DNA of 64,000 nucleotides, taken from Eledone cirrhosa. Taxonomy: Eukaryota. The stretch's first letter is position 1; the number at the start of each line of letters is the position of its first letter. The notes under the pieces are model-generated. The model saw nothing but the letters and a program-made list of their open reading frames with translations. It ran no database searches and had not been told where the DNA came from. The stretch spans positions 13,206,001 to 13,270,000 of the forward strand of contig OZ024747.1 of NCBI GenBank assembly GCA_964016885.1, written 5' to 3'. Both the position numbers and the translations under genes were made by a program. Shown in pieces: positions 1-13,106 of the stretch.

Positions 1-669
1 GTGTCGTGTGAAGACATATTCAGAGATAAATCCCCCAACTCTCTCTCTCACACAACATACACACACACACTCTCTCTCTCACACACACACACTACACACA
101 CTAAACACACACACACACACATGTGCTCCTACAAAGTTTCCAGGCATACAATCTGTTCAGAATGTTGTATTAAATTGCCCGAAGAATACAAGTATAGATT
201 CTCACTAGCAGTGGAATGAAGTGTGAGCTTCGATTGAATAAATTAATAAACTTGTCTGAGGGGGTTTGCAAGAGCCATAAGCACAGCTCCTTCTTCTAGA
301 CCAAACCAATGATAAAAAAAAAAAAATAACGAAAGTTCTCTCTTTAACTTATTCTTATTTGTTTGCTCAGACATACACATATGACAAAGTTGATGCAAAA
401 GTTATGATGATGATGATGATGTAAAAGTAAACCATCAAAATTTCACTGTAACATCCGTTTATTACATAACGACTGTTTCAGCAACAATCCTTCTAACAAC
501 TTTGGTATCACGCAAATATTCATTCATATACAGGGAATTGCATAGCTATCCTCCTCCTCGTCACCATCACCACCATGTTTCGATTTATAGTCAATAATGT
601 CATCATGGACAGGAGTACTCAGCCATCAGGTATATACATATATACATATATTAGAAAGTTGACTGCAAG

Positions 670-801
670 TTTCAGACTCAGTCTGAAAATAGCAAGAGCT
701 CAGCCATCAGGGTACAATTCTCAAATATATTTACACTCTACTATGCCAAGTATTGAGTACTCTGCTAAATAATGGTCTTACTAGTTGAAAACTAGTAAAA
801 T

Positions 802-805
<4 letters not shown>
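670..805 (+). mobile_element. Degenerate PLE-like pLTR fragment (family A): HHR 3' half plus bulged hairpin
   Basis: gaaaatagcaagagctcagccatcagggt...cactctactatgccaagtattgagtact aligns with the reverse complement of 61100-61220. It starts with a small palindrome (tttcagact-c-agtctgaaa) and ends at (TA)n. Confidence 0.6.
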
Positions 806-851
<46 letters not shown>

Positions 852-1600
852 GTATATGTATGTATAAGTAAATCCTATACTCTACTCATATGCATTGAGT
901 GCTCATTCAGTTAATGTTTGAATGTCCTATGTAAACTTGCTTATAAATCACCCATTTCAGTATTTATGTATGCATGTATGTACTGGTAACTCCTGGTAGA
1001 GTCATGAGGGGGGGTTACCTGGTAGAGTCATGACTTGTGGTGTTACTTGGGTATTTTTAATCATACATATATCATGTAATATAATCAATATTTTTAGTTG
1101 CATCTTGGAACTTTAAGGGAGAACTTCTTGAGGGGTTCACTACTGATCTATATGGCTTCATATCCCAGAAACATCTATACTTAATATAACCTTAAGGCAG
1201 AATTCACATAACACAGTTTATAAGAAGGTCAGCTCTTTGAATTACAGCTACAGTAAATTGGATGGGCATCCACACAGGTACCATCTATCCAATTTTATTC
1301 ACAAGAATAGGGTCGATCCAAGGCTTGTAAGTAAAAGACAGTTGCCCAACATGTTACACAGTGGGATCAAAGTTGGATCTTTAAAATTGCTAGACAAACT
1401 TCTTTAGTTTTTGTCTATACCTGTCCTCTCACACACGCACACACACACATATATATACACACACACACGCTATTTTATGTTCATATACATAGACATTTTC
1501 AAGTACATAAGCTGCCCTACAAAACATGATGATTATAGTGATTAATTTTGTTATTTGCCACCAGGGCATCAGATGAAGGTGATAATAATAGTAATAATAA

Positions 1601-1816
1601 TAATTTCTAGTACAGGCACAAGGCCAGTAATTTTGGGGAAGGGGAAAGTCGATTAAATCGACCCCAGTGTGTGACTGGTACTTTATTTTATCGACCCCAT
1701 AAGGATGAAAGGCAAAGTTAACCTCAGCGGGATTTGAACTTAGACTGTAAAGGGCTGTAACTCTATGCTGCAAAACATGGTGTCCGACCCTCTACTGATA
1801 CTACCAAACCACCGCC
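1601..1816 (-). mobile_element. tRNA-derived SINE (family 1)
   Basis: A-box TGGTAGTATCAG, B-box GAGTTCAAATCC, central domain gcctttcatccttatggggtcgataaaataaagtaccag; more than 10 copies in the window. Confidence 0.9.
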
Positions 1817-4321
1817 ATAATGATAATAAAAATAATATTCTGGCCCAGATTGTTACCTTGCTGCCACCAGAAGTATTATATACATATGCTATAGACTACA
1901 TAGTAGATACCTGAAAGATTTACTGTTTAAGAACTTGCAGAAGCCTTCTACTTTTCTCTTTCTCTAACTCTTTCCCTTTTTTTCTTTCTTTCAAATACAA
2001 TCATATTTTTTAATATCTTTTAAATTTATTTTTTTTCATCCCACACCATCATTTGTCTTCCATTTGTGAACATTTTTCTTTCAGTCCAAAAAATATTTAA
2101 GTGTTTAAAATTTATTTCAGCATAATCATTTATTTATTGAATCTTTTTATTTGCTATTTTTTTTCTTTTTTTTGTTTGTTTGATTGTTGGATAACTGGTT
2201 TAAACTAGTTCAACAACAATTGTTGAGTGAAAAAGACATCGTGTGGTATTCTTTTCATTGTTCTGACAATTTGTTCAGGAATCTTTCTCAATTACAATAT
2301 TGAATTTTTTTTTTTACAATTATAAAAATATTTTTAAAAACAATATATAATTCTCCATTTCTCCATTTGGAAATGTTTAAAAATTGCTTTTTCTTTTTTT
2401 TTTTTGTGAAAAGCATTATTATATAAATATATGTGGCAAGTGTTGTGATGTTGTCTTTAGGGAAAGTGAGTCACTAAGTCTCAGAATTTCCAAGCCTTGG
2501 TTCCATGTACTAAATGGCTCCATTTAAAACTATGTAACTACTGCTCTTTAGGAAAAGTCATGATTATTAAAGACTCCTATTTTTCTTTACCTATAAATCC
2601 GGGGCATTATAACTGTTTAAAAAAATCCTTCTATAAATATGTGTATGTGTGATTATCTATTGGTGTATGTGAGTTCTTTCAAAAGCAATAGATTACTATA
2701 ACAATATGATGAACCACAATAGCATTGCTAATATAACTTTTTAAGATAATTGAGGTTTGGTAAGCATCAACATAATTTCGATGAACTTTATAGATGAAGA
2801 AAAAAAACACTTCAGCATAATATAATACATTCTTTTGTCAATCTTTATACTTTTGTTTCTGTCTGCAATATATTCATATATATATATTTATTTATATGTG
2901 AGTGTCTTATACACACACACATGTATAATTATGCATATATATGTATATGTGTCTGTGTATACATATACATATGTATATACATATATACATATATACATAC
3001 ATAAATATATAGACACACATACATATATATACATATATACATATACACACATATATATATATATATACATATACTTTATATATATATATATACATACATT
3101 TATATATTCATACATAAACATATATATAATCCCCAACAAAACACATGAAATATATGCAATATTTGAACTGTTGTGGTAAAGTCAATCAATTCACTTTTTC
3201 TCTCCCTACCACAGTATATCTGTTGTATTTAATGAGTGCAGCTTGCAAGTTCTACTGTGTTGACTTCTCTACCAAGTCAGTGCCTTCCTGGTGGCAAAGC
3301 ATTAGTTCTGCTGATAACAAAGTCAATCTATATGAATTTCTATATGGTATATTTTTGTTCTCCGACACATTGGTTCAGAGTAGCATTAATTTTTAAGTGA
3401 GATAGTATCATTCATTGGATCATTGAAGCAATATGATCTATTGTTTAGAATTTTTAATTCAAGGTTCAAAAGGTTATGGTCTTCGTGTATGCATGTTCAT
3501 ACACATTCATACATATAAATCAACTTGCATACATACACACACACACAAACACACATGTACATACATACACAGCTGTTTGCTACTGATAGTAACATGTGAT
3601 GCTTTGTCAAGACAGTCATATTAACTATTAAAACAAATTGATGGATGCAATTTTACTTTCAAATGAATGATTAACTCTACTTAGGAAAGTTCGATTCTAT
3701 CAACTATTAACAGCAACAAAACACATTATCAAGCAAATTGAAGTGTTTATCAAATGATTACTTCTGTGACTTTATTCATAATAATGATTGGAAGATGCTA
3801 GGACTTGTTAAACAAGTTTAATGCTGTTTTTGTTTAGCTTTAGATCAACCCTGATCAGAAACAGTTCAACCATGACTATCCTGTTTTATGGATTATCAAG
3901 GAGTACATTATCTACTGTGTGTTATTCCCAATTTGTAAGATGGTCAAATGGGATTTGAAAGAGATATGGGTGATATTTCTAGCAGGTCAAGCGACCATGA
4001 TAAGCTCTCTCATTGAGATAATTTAACCACTAAGGAATGGTGGAATATGATTATTCCACTATTATGTGGAATTAAGGAATATGATTAAATTAATGGTAAC
4101 TTAAAGACCAAGTAATGTCATGAAATCTTCATAAAAGTATAATGTTTGAAAGAGAATATCACAAATATGTCCACTTCTTTTCATTGGGTTTGATGATTCT
4201 GCAAATTTCTGGATATGCAATTATATTTATAGCCAGTGTTTTCACAGTTTAATAATCCTCATAGCACTAATAATTTATTTCTACTAGTATTGAAGTATAT
4301 ATATATATATATATATATATG

Positions 4322-4572
4322 AATAAACAGCAAAGCAAATAATAGAGTACAATGAAGAAATATATGTTTTATAAGTTTTACAAGTGATATAGTAGGAAAA
4401 GAATCCTAACGTTTTAGACACTATCCCTTCATCAGAAGATAGAATGAGAAATAAAAGTTGAAATAGAAAGATATAGAGTGAGAAGAAATTTTGGTAAATG
4501 CTGGTCAGTGGGTATTTTAAATGTTAGAGAGGTTTTGAAAGGGAGATAATCCTTGTATATTTTGAGTGGACG
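4322..4572 (-). mobile_element. PLE-like 3' end/pLTR (family B) with a decayed minimal HHR at 4404-4439
   Basis: Reverse complement reads tctt-CTGATGA-agggatagtgtct-AAAA-cgtt-agga; homologous to 22321-22478 and 56340-56528; abuts (TA)n. Confidence 0.6.
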
Positions 4573-4939
4573 TGTGTGTGTGTGCATGTGTGTGTGTGTA
4601 TGCACGTGTGTGCAAGTGTGTGTATATGTTTGTGTGGGCTTGTTTGTACATTTGTTTGTGCAAAACTGTGTAGAGATGTGAAGAGGTTGACCAACTTAGA
4701 GAGGTATACCTATGTATGTGAAACTCTGTGCACATATACACACACACATGTAGAAACAGTTTCAAGAGTTTGTAGTGAAAGTGAGGCAGTAATGAATATG
4801 ATGGTAGTCATGTCTCATTTCATGGTATGGCTGTTAGAGAAGCTGCATGGCTTCTGGTACAATGGTATGGTGGTACAACAGCAAACTGCTGAACTACAAA
4901 GTATGGAGTCACTGCATGCATGGAGGAAGATATGCATGC

Positions 4940-5052
4940 ATGGCTGAGTGGTAAGAGAATTGGATTAGTAATTGTGAGGTTGTGAGGTTGATTCCGGGAC
5001 CAGGCGATGCGTTATGTCCTAGAGCAAGACACTTTATTTTACGTTGCTCCTT
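4940..5052 (+). mobile_element. tRNA-derived SINE (family 2), partial
   Basis: tggctgagtgg...gttgattcc...gtcctagagcaagacactttatttt matches 44616-44823. Confidence 0.65.
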
Positions 5053-5190
5053 CTACCTGGAGTTGTGACTGATAGATAGTATTAGCAATTGGAAAGATCA
5101 ACAGAAACATTGTTTCCTCGGCCTAATTTGATGAAGGTCGACCGACTGTCGATATATATATATATATATATATATGAATACATATATATA

Positions 5191-5382
5191 TGAGTCCCCT
5201 GTTTAATCAGGGATAAGGTACTCAATATATTAGTAGAATGTAAGTTAGTAAGGTACTCAATATATATAGTAGAGTGTAAACATCATGTTTAATATAGAAA
5301 TGGCTTCTACAGGACTAGAACTGTTTCATTCAAAAGAAGCGGTTCTAGTCCTGTAGAAGCCATTTCTATATTAAACATGATG
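5191..5382 (-). mobile_element. PLE-like fold-back insert with 41-bp perfect inverted arms (5281-5321/5342-5382)
   Basis: Arms read directly; the minus strand has GAAAcagttctaGTC next to the apex; two tandem bulged-hairpin motifs; TA-rich flanks. Confidence 0.7.
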
Positions 5383-5417
5383 ATTGATATATATGTATAT
5401 ATGTATATATATATATA

Positions 5418-5635
5418 TCATCATCATCATCATCATCATCAGGTTTAGCGTCCGTGTTCCACGCTTGCATGGGTTTGGACGGGGGTTTTCCCACTTGAGG
5501 CAAGAGTGGTTGTCTTGCTCGCATAGGACTGTCTGGCGGGTTTTCTACAGTTGGATGCCCTTCCTAACACCAACCACATTTACAGTGTGGGGCTGGGAGG
5601 TTTTTACCGTGTTGCCTACACGGCCACATTTACAG

Positions 5636-5637
<2 letters not shown>
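5418..5637 (-). mobile_element. SINE/non-autonomous retroposon 3' part with (GAT)n tail
   Basis: ggttggtgttaggaagggcatcca motif shared with 5692-5958, 15860-16000 and 45620-45760. Confidence 0.65.
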
Positions 5638-5691
<54 letters not shown>

Positions 5692-5693
<2 letters not shown>

Positions 5694-5926
5694 TGAGCAA
5701 GACACTTTATTTCACATTGCTCCAGTTTACTCAGCTGTAGAAATGAGATGATAGGGACTGGGGTCCTTATCATTCCACTGCAAAGTGGTCGTGGAGGTGC
5801 CACGACAAAAAAGCACCCAGCACTCACTGTAAATGAGGTTGGTGTTAGGAAGGGCATCCAGCTGTAGAAACCAAGCCAGAATCAGTTCCCGTCCCACCCT
5901 TGCAAGCAGGGAAAAGCGGACGTAAA

Positions 5927-5958
<32 letters not shown>
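5692..5958 (+). mobile_element. SINE (family 2 body) with (GAT)n tail
   Basis: gagcaagacactttatttcac...ggttggtgttaggaagggcatccagctgtagaaac...(gat)n. Confidence 0.65.
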
Positions 5959-6319
5959 ATATGTGTGTGAAGGCACATGCCATGGTGGTTAGGGCTCTGG
6001 GCTCAGTTTTCAGATCAGGTGGTGTGTTGTGTCCAAGAGCAACACACTTTATATATAAAATTTCTCAGCTGTCAAAAATTAGTTGTACAAGTAATTCAAT
6101 GGGCTAGCCTTGTCACATATTATGTCGTGCTAAATCTCCCTGAGAACTGTATTAAGGATGCACATATCTGTGCAAGCTGAGGCGCGTACATGTTAATTTC
6201 ATGAGCAAGAATTTCTTTTGATTAAATCAATTGGAGTAACAACAATATATATATTTGAATGTGTTTTATATGTGTATATATATATATTAATATGAATATA
6301 TTATATCAGCATATATTTG

Positions 6320-6610
<291 letters not shown>

Positions 6611-6670
6611 TAAAAAAAACGATGAAGTTTCATTTACATGCATTTAAGTTTTATTGTGTATCACATACAC

Positions 6671-6716
<46 letters not shown>

Positions 6717-7124
6717 CATATATACATATATATGCATGTATTTATGTATATGTGAAGACAAATGGTCTAGTGGTTAGAGTATTGGATTTATGATCGTAAT
6801 GGTATGGGATTGATACCGAAAACATTATGATCTTGAGCAAAACTTTTCATTTCACATAGTTCCAGTTCACTCAAATACAAAGGAGTATCAGCAACAGCAG
6901 GAGGTTAACCCTTTGATAAGCTGGAGTCTTATACTCTCAGTTACTTAATGCCATTGAAACCAGAATAAGTGCTGGCCAGATCTGCATGCTTCTGACAGAC
7001 TTTGACCTCTTTTTTTTTTATTTAAATATGCATACACATTTACATATATACATACATATATACATATATGTGTGTGTGTATGTATATATATATATATGTG
7101 TGTGTGTGTATATATATATATATA

Positions 7125-7207
<83 letters not shown>

Positions 7208-7371
7208 GTGTGTGTGTATATATATATATAATTATAAATGTATTTATTTATTTATATTAAACAGATGCTAACACACATTCATTAAATGCATAAATATATT
7301 TGTTTTCTATAAATATTTTGACTCAGAAACACATTAAATATTTCATCAGGTTGAGAAAATACACCCCTGAT

Positions 7372-7436
<65 letters not shown>

Positions 7437-8579
7437 TATATATATGTATATGTATATATATATACATGCATATACCCACACACATATGTATATACATATA
7501 CAAACACCCACCCACACGCATATATATATATATATATATGTTGTAGTTTTTTTCTAGAATTATTTGTTTTGATTAACAAAAATAAATTTAATGTCATCTC
7601 TAAATGAAGAATCATATTCGGGGTATGGAATTACTCCAAAATATTTGTTTGGTCTCTCTTTCTGCAGCATTTCTACAGAGCAGCAGATTGTATATATGTA
7701 TGCACTAAAACTTCTGAAAATATAAAAAAATGTGTGTGTTGTGACTGTATTATTTTCTTCTTGGGTGCTTACAGCTTTGTATTTAAGAGATGATCAATTT
7801 ATGAGCATTTCCAAGTGATTTCAGCAGAATTTTGTCAACATACCATATTTATTATCTCAATATTGTGTTTTAATGATATTCTCAATCCATTCCTTCATAG
7901 TCAATTTACCAATGTATAATAATGAATATTTTATGATGATACCCTAACGTGGCATCTGTCATTATACAAATCCTTTTTTCTTTCTTTCTTTTCTAAAAAA
8001 AAAAGATTGTTTTTTTTTTTTATTTCTAATTTTTTTTTTTATTTTTGCTTGTCTAATGTTTCAAGATATTTTTATACTGAGAAAAGAAAAAAAAATTATA
8101 AATAATAAAGAAGAAAAATTTCCCTTTCTACTAATAATGGATGGCTGTTGTAAACAAAACGGTCTCTGGGAGGTATTTGACCAGTGGACAGTGATACTAT
8201 CTGTATTTTTGAAGTTCTTGTCTTAAATAAGAAATTGAGCATGTGCGTTTGGCCAGAACAATTTGGCATACACATGGCTGAGTGTACTGTACAACATTTT
8301 CTGTAATTGTTGTTTTACATTCCACAGAATTCTTACTTTTGCACATGTTATGTTGCTAACTTCAAAATGAAATGCATGAAAAATAAAATTCAAACAAAAA
8401 ATTTCAACAAATCTCTGAATTGTTCTTTACTTTCTCTAAAATGTTCATCTTAAGCATATTTAACATACTTTTTTACTTTGTCTACCGGCAGCTCTTTTCT
8501 ATTAAGTTCTTGTTCCTCATATCTGTCTGTTTGTCTGTCTGTCAGTCTAACTATCTATCTGTCTATCTATATATATAGT

Positions 8580-8662
8580 TATATGATTTTTATGTAAAAC
8601 CTCCGCCGTCACGTCTTGTAATGTCCCATTTTTGTATGCCCCTGTGGCAAATAAACAAAGAT
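8580..8662 (+). mobile_element. Short retroposon 3' end in a (TATC)n tract
   Basis: tgtaaaacctcc...ccctgtggcaaataaacaaag is similar to 44499-44579 and 26146-26242. Confidence 0.55.
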
Positions 8663-9430
8663 ATCTATCTGTCTATCTGTCTGTTTGTCTGTCTATCTAA
8701 CTATCTATTGATCTATCTGTCTATCTGTCTATCTATCTGTCTGTCTATCTGTCTATCTATCTGTCTATCTGAGAGTCTGCCATTTTTCTTTTTATCTTCA
8801 CCTTCTTATTCTCAGTTCTATTTTACCATGTTACTCTTTCCCTCCCTGTACCACTCACATATTCTATATCTTTCTCTGCTATGAGACACACACATTCTCT
8901 CACTTTCACTCATTTTCTACACATGCTTTCACTCTTATTCTCTCTTATTCTCATGCTTACTTCTATTTTCTCTGCTTTTTTATTTCCTCTCAATTACCAT
9001 GAAGATGAAAGACTATCTCTGAGACATTGATTTCTTCATGAGATTTATGGAGAATATAGTGGAATCTATTTCACTGGAACCTCTAACTGGTTAAAAATAA
9101 CCTTCATATGTATCTCCTGAGTAAATATACTGCAGAGAAACACTAAGGCTTATTTGGAGAGAATCAATAGACACTGAAGAACTGATAAAGTGTAACTTGC
9201 TTTAGCTTGCATGAGTTTGTTATAAACAAGACACATGAAAAGCTTCACTGCAAAGAAAAAAAAAAAAATCTAAAGACATGTACCAGTTGCATTAACCCTT
9301 TCATTCTCATATTTCTAATTAAATATACTGTCCATGATTTTCAAATAAATTTGAAAATAACAAAGAAGCTGGAGGGATTTAGTGACATAAGTAACTTTTT
9401 CAACACTGGAAGGTAATATGCATAGTAGTA

Positions 9431-9610
9431 GAGCACTCAGTCCATGGGATGAGTTTGGTAGAAGTAGTAACACAACAGAAGTTAGTTCACCATACCGAGA
9501 ACAATTGTTTCACCTTATGTGGATCTTCAGCTCGGAGCTGAAGATCCGCATAAGGTGAAACAATTGTTCTTGGTGAACTAACTGTTGGTGAACTAACTGT
9601 TGTGTTACTA
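9431..9610 (-). mobile_element. PLE-like fold-back insert carrying mirror-image minimal HHRs
   Basis: Palindrome 9465-9610 centred at 9534; HHR gag-CTGAAGA-tccgcataaggt-GAAA-caattg-TT-ctt at 9535-9571 with its mirror copy; bulged hairpin variant at 9435-9454. Confidence 0.75.
9535..9571 (+). ncRNA. Minimal type I hammerhead ribozyme
   Basis: Canonical CUGAnGA and GAAA, palindromic stem III ACAAUUGU, GUU cleavage triplet, short stems I and II. Confidence 0.65.
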
Positions 9611-9617
9611 ATATATA

Positions 9618-10868
9618 TGTATTGTTTTATTGTTTTACCTGTTCCAGCCTTCCGGCTGAGGCCATGCTGGGGCTCCGCCCTTGTTGCTACGCATTTTATC
9701 TCCAGCTTGTATTGGTTGGCCACTGCTGCAAGAGGGAGTTCATTGCTGCTGCCCTTAGGTTTCTCTTGTGCCTTGCTGTGGGCTCATCCGGGATCCTGGA
9801 TAGCAAGGTGTCAAGATGCAGATCTCTCAGATCCCTCGGCAGCTTATTGAAGAGTTGAGGGCCCTTGAACCCCAGGCTATTGCAATATCTGCTCCTTATT
9901 CTAGATGTAGAAGACGGGACCTTTGGCACCACACAGTGACATCCTGTTTGACGGTTGATCCAGCTCCCAATGCCAAAGTTTGGTGCTAGTCTCTCCAGGA
10001 TTTTACCCATGTAGATCACAGCGTATCTCTCCCGCCTTCGTTCCCAGTAGCTTATCTCCTTTATCGTTGCAATCCTCTTGGTGTAGCTTCGCTGGATTGC
10101 CTCAAGCTCTGTGGTTAGCTTGACACTATGGGGTGACCACAACTGGGAGCAATAGTCCAGGTGGCTTAGGACAAATGTCCATCATAGTTTCAACATGGTG
10201 TCTCGGTCCCTCGTCCGGAAAATCCTCAAGATCCAGCCAGCGAGTCGTCTGCACATTGTCGCCACTTTCATGATGTGTGAGGAAAAAGATGCATCATCGC
10301 TCATGTATATACCCAGGTCTTGTATCGATTTCGACACAGGGATATCGGTCCCTCCTGGTCCAGCGTAACTGTGTTGTACTGTATTTGTGTTTGCAGGTTT
10401 GTATTGTAGGGCTTGGAATTTGCCAGCATTAAACTACATGTTGTTGTCTTCCGCCCATTTGTATATGGCATCCAGATCTTGTTGTAAAAGGGCAGCGTCG
10501 TCCGGGTTTTTGATTGCCTGTGCTACCTTAGTGTAATCAGCATAGCTAGTGAGGGATGTTGTTGTATGTACTACAGAGGGCATGTCTGAGAGAGTCACCA
10601 AAAACAGTAGTGGTCCCAGGACTGTGCCCTGGGGCACTCCACTTGTTATTGATGTTTCCTTTGAGAGGGCCCCGTTTGCTGCGACTGTCTGGCTTCTGTC
10701 CTTCAAGAAGTCATGCAGCCACTCACCTACTTTTCCAGTTATGCCGAGTCTGTGTAGTTTGTGACATATCATTCCGTGGTCGACCTTGTCAAAGGCCTTC
10801 GCAAAGTCGAGATATATCACGTCCACATGTGAGCTGTCTAGCAGTTGTTTCAGTACCCAGTCGTAGTG
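9618..10868 (-). mobile_element. 5'-truncated, decayed CR1-group LINE (RT domain to 3' end)
   Basis: VDVIYLDFAKAFDKVDH...SGVPQGTVLGPLLF...YADYTK and C-terminal WSPH...ERRRERYAVIY; stops and frameshifts; AATAAA near the 3' end. Confidence 0.9.
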
Positions 10869-11174
10869 GGTATATGTATACACACAGTAATACATATATA
10901 TATATTGTCATTTATCATCTGTTTCCTTGTTAGCAAGAATTGGACTATATATAGATATATATATTTTCAGCAGATAGATCTAAATGTGGCCATATTTGCA
11001 TATGTATGAATCATTTTATATAGGTATAAAAGTCTTAGGCTGATCAACAAGGAAATAAAAAAAATATGTTTAACAGAAAAATAAGAGTTTGGACCGAACG
11101 CAGAAAATATCACAATGAGATGTGAGTGTGTATTACTGTGTGCATGCATATACTATGTGTGTATGTTCTCTGAG

Positions 11175-11237
<63 letters not shown>

Positions 11238-11267
11238 TAGAGGAAGAGGAGGAGGAGGAGGAGATAG

Positions 11268-11299
<32 letters not shown>

Positions 11300-11530
11300 C
11301 ATATAAAGCTGAGGCTAAAATATAATGAGAGATTAATGAGGGATTAGTACAGTCAGGCAGTAAGGAAGATTAAAATGATATAAAAATATAACTAAGGTGA
11401 AACAAAATTGTTACTAGTACAGCCTAGCAATAAGGATGAATAAAGTGATATAGAAGAGAATTAGATTGAAACAAATCATCATCCTTTGTTTTCCCTTCTT
11501 ATCATCATTACCACCATTATTGTCAGTTCT

Positions 11531-11720
11531 GGGCGGTGGATTGGCAGTATCGGTAGAGGGTTGGACACCATGCTTTCCAGCATAGTTACGTCCCTTTACG
11601 ATCTGAGTTCAAATCCCGCCGAAGTTGACTTTGCCTTTCATCCTTACGGGGTCGATAAAATAAAGTACCAGTAATGCACTGGGTAATTGCTGGCCTTGTG
11701 CCTAAAGTAGAAACAATTAT
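11531..11720 (+). mobile_element. tRNA-derived SINE (family 1), full length
   Basis: A and B boxes, central domain, target-site duplication (TSD) attattgtcagtt. Confidence 0.92.
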
Positions 11721-11829
11721 TGTCAGTTGTGCTTCTTTCAGAGTATTTAGTTTACTGGGTCTGCAACACAATGACTCTCCATTTTTACCCAATGTAAAGT
11801 TCAATACTTCTCCAAATTGAGAGATCACA

Positions 11830-12080
11830 GCTCTGATATGAAGGATATGTCTCAGGAAAGAATCTCTGGACAGATTTTATGGGCAAAACCAACAGGCAAG
11901 AGACCTAGGGGTAGACCCTGAGCAAGATGGTTGGATAACATCCATGAACTTGACTGGTCACGCTTGGGGATCCAGCCGGGTCAGTTGGAGACGGCTGCTT
12001 CTGACATGACCCGCTGGAAAGAGTGTTTGAGGGGTCTTCCTCAATGACCCTCTCAGGAATAAATGGGTGAAGAAGAAGAA
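11830..12080 (+). mobile_element. RTE-clade LINE 3' end
   Basis: Translates MSQERISGQILWAKPTGKRPRGRP*ARWLDNI...RWKECL; (GAA)n tail. Confidence 0.8.
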
Positions 12081-12600
12081 TATGTTAAAATTGAGGTTAA
12101 CATACAATATTAAACACTAGAAAACACTAGAAAATTTAGGATTCATATATAATTTCCAGCATGGAAAAGTAGTCTTCATGAATTTTAAACAAAAGCAGTT
12201 CAGATTTATGGCCAGAACAATTACTTGCTGTATGTATTTTGGTTTATAGTAGAAATGTTCCTATAGTAGGAAAACTACAGGATATGTGAGTGTTCATATT
12301 AAACAGGAATTCCTGCTATTACCATGGTGACCAGTCAATAACTGAGAAATTTATTGAACAAAATGAAATATAAATGAAGTTTTATAATCATTCCTATCTC
12401 ATGGTTTTATTAGAATAATTTTCAGAGAAAAAAAAATGAAAAAAGAAATCCCCTAAACAATCATTCCGAAATCTGAGATTACTTTTGTTATTTTGGCTGG
12501 GAAAACAAAATACTGTCTGTCTCTCTCTCTCTTCCTCCTCTCTCTCTTTATATGTATATGCATACATAAATGTATGCATGTAATAGTGCATATATATATG

Positions 12601-12655
<55 letters not shown>

Positions 12656-12753
12656 ATGATGATGATGATATATATGTATATATACACACATAAACACACA
12701 CTCATATATATGTATATATATGTGGATTGTGGATATATATATATCTATATATA

Positions 12754-12795
<42 letters not shown>

Positions 12796-13057
12796 GAATG
12801 TGGATATATATATATATACATAAATATATGCATATGCTCACACACCCTCATATATATATATATATATATATATATAGTCCTCATATATAATGGTGAGGTT
12901 TAGGTTTTTTTTTTAGTGTTGATCAAAGGAATTTCATTGCTGTTTAGTTGAGCTTGCACTTTATAGAGGAAGTGTATGGGAAACTAACTGTTGATGACTT
13001 AGTCTAGAATATTAACAAATAGATTTTTACTCTTATTTTGTTAAAATAATGAAAATG

Positions 13058-13106
<49 letters not shown>

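Noticed and set aside
7232-7375. TA-embedded insert with CTGATGA...GAAA on the minus strand
   Set aside because: No stem I partner or clear cleavage triplet; pairing in such AT-rich sequence is likely by chance.
11531-11620. tRNA genes at SINE heads
   Set aside because: A and B boxes are present but there is no full cloverleaf, and each is followed by a SINE body and TSD.
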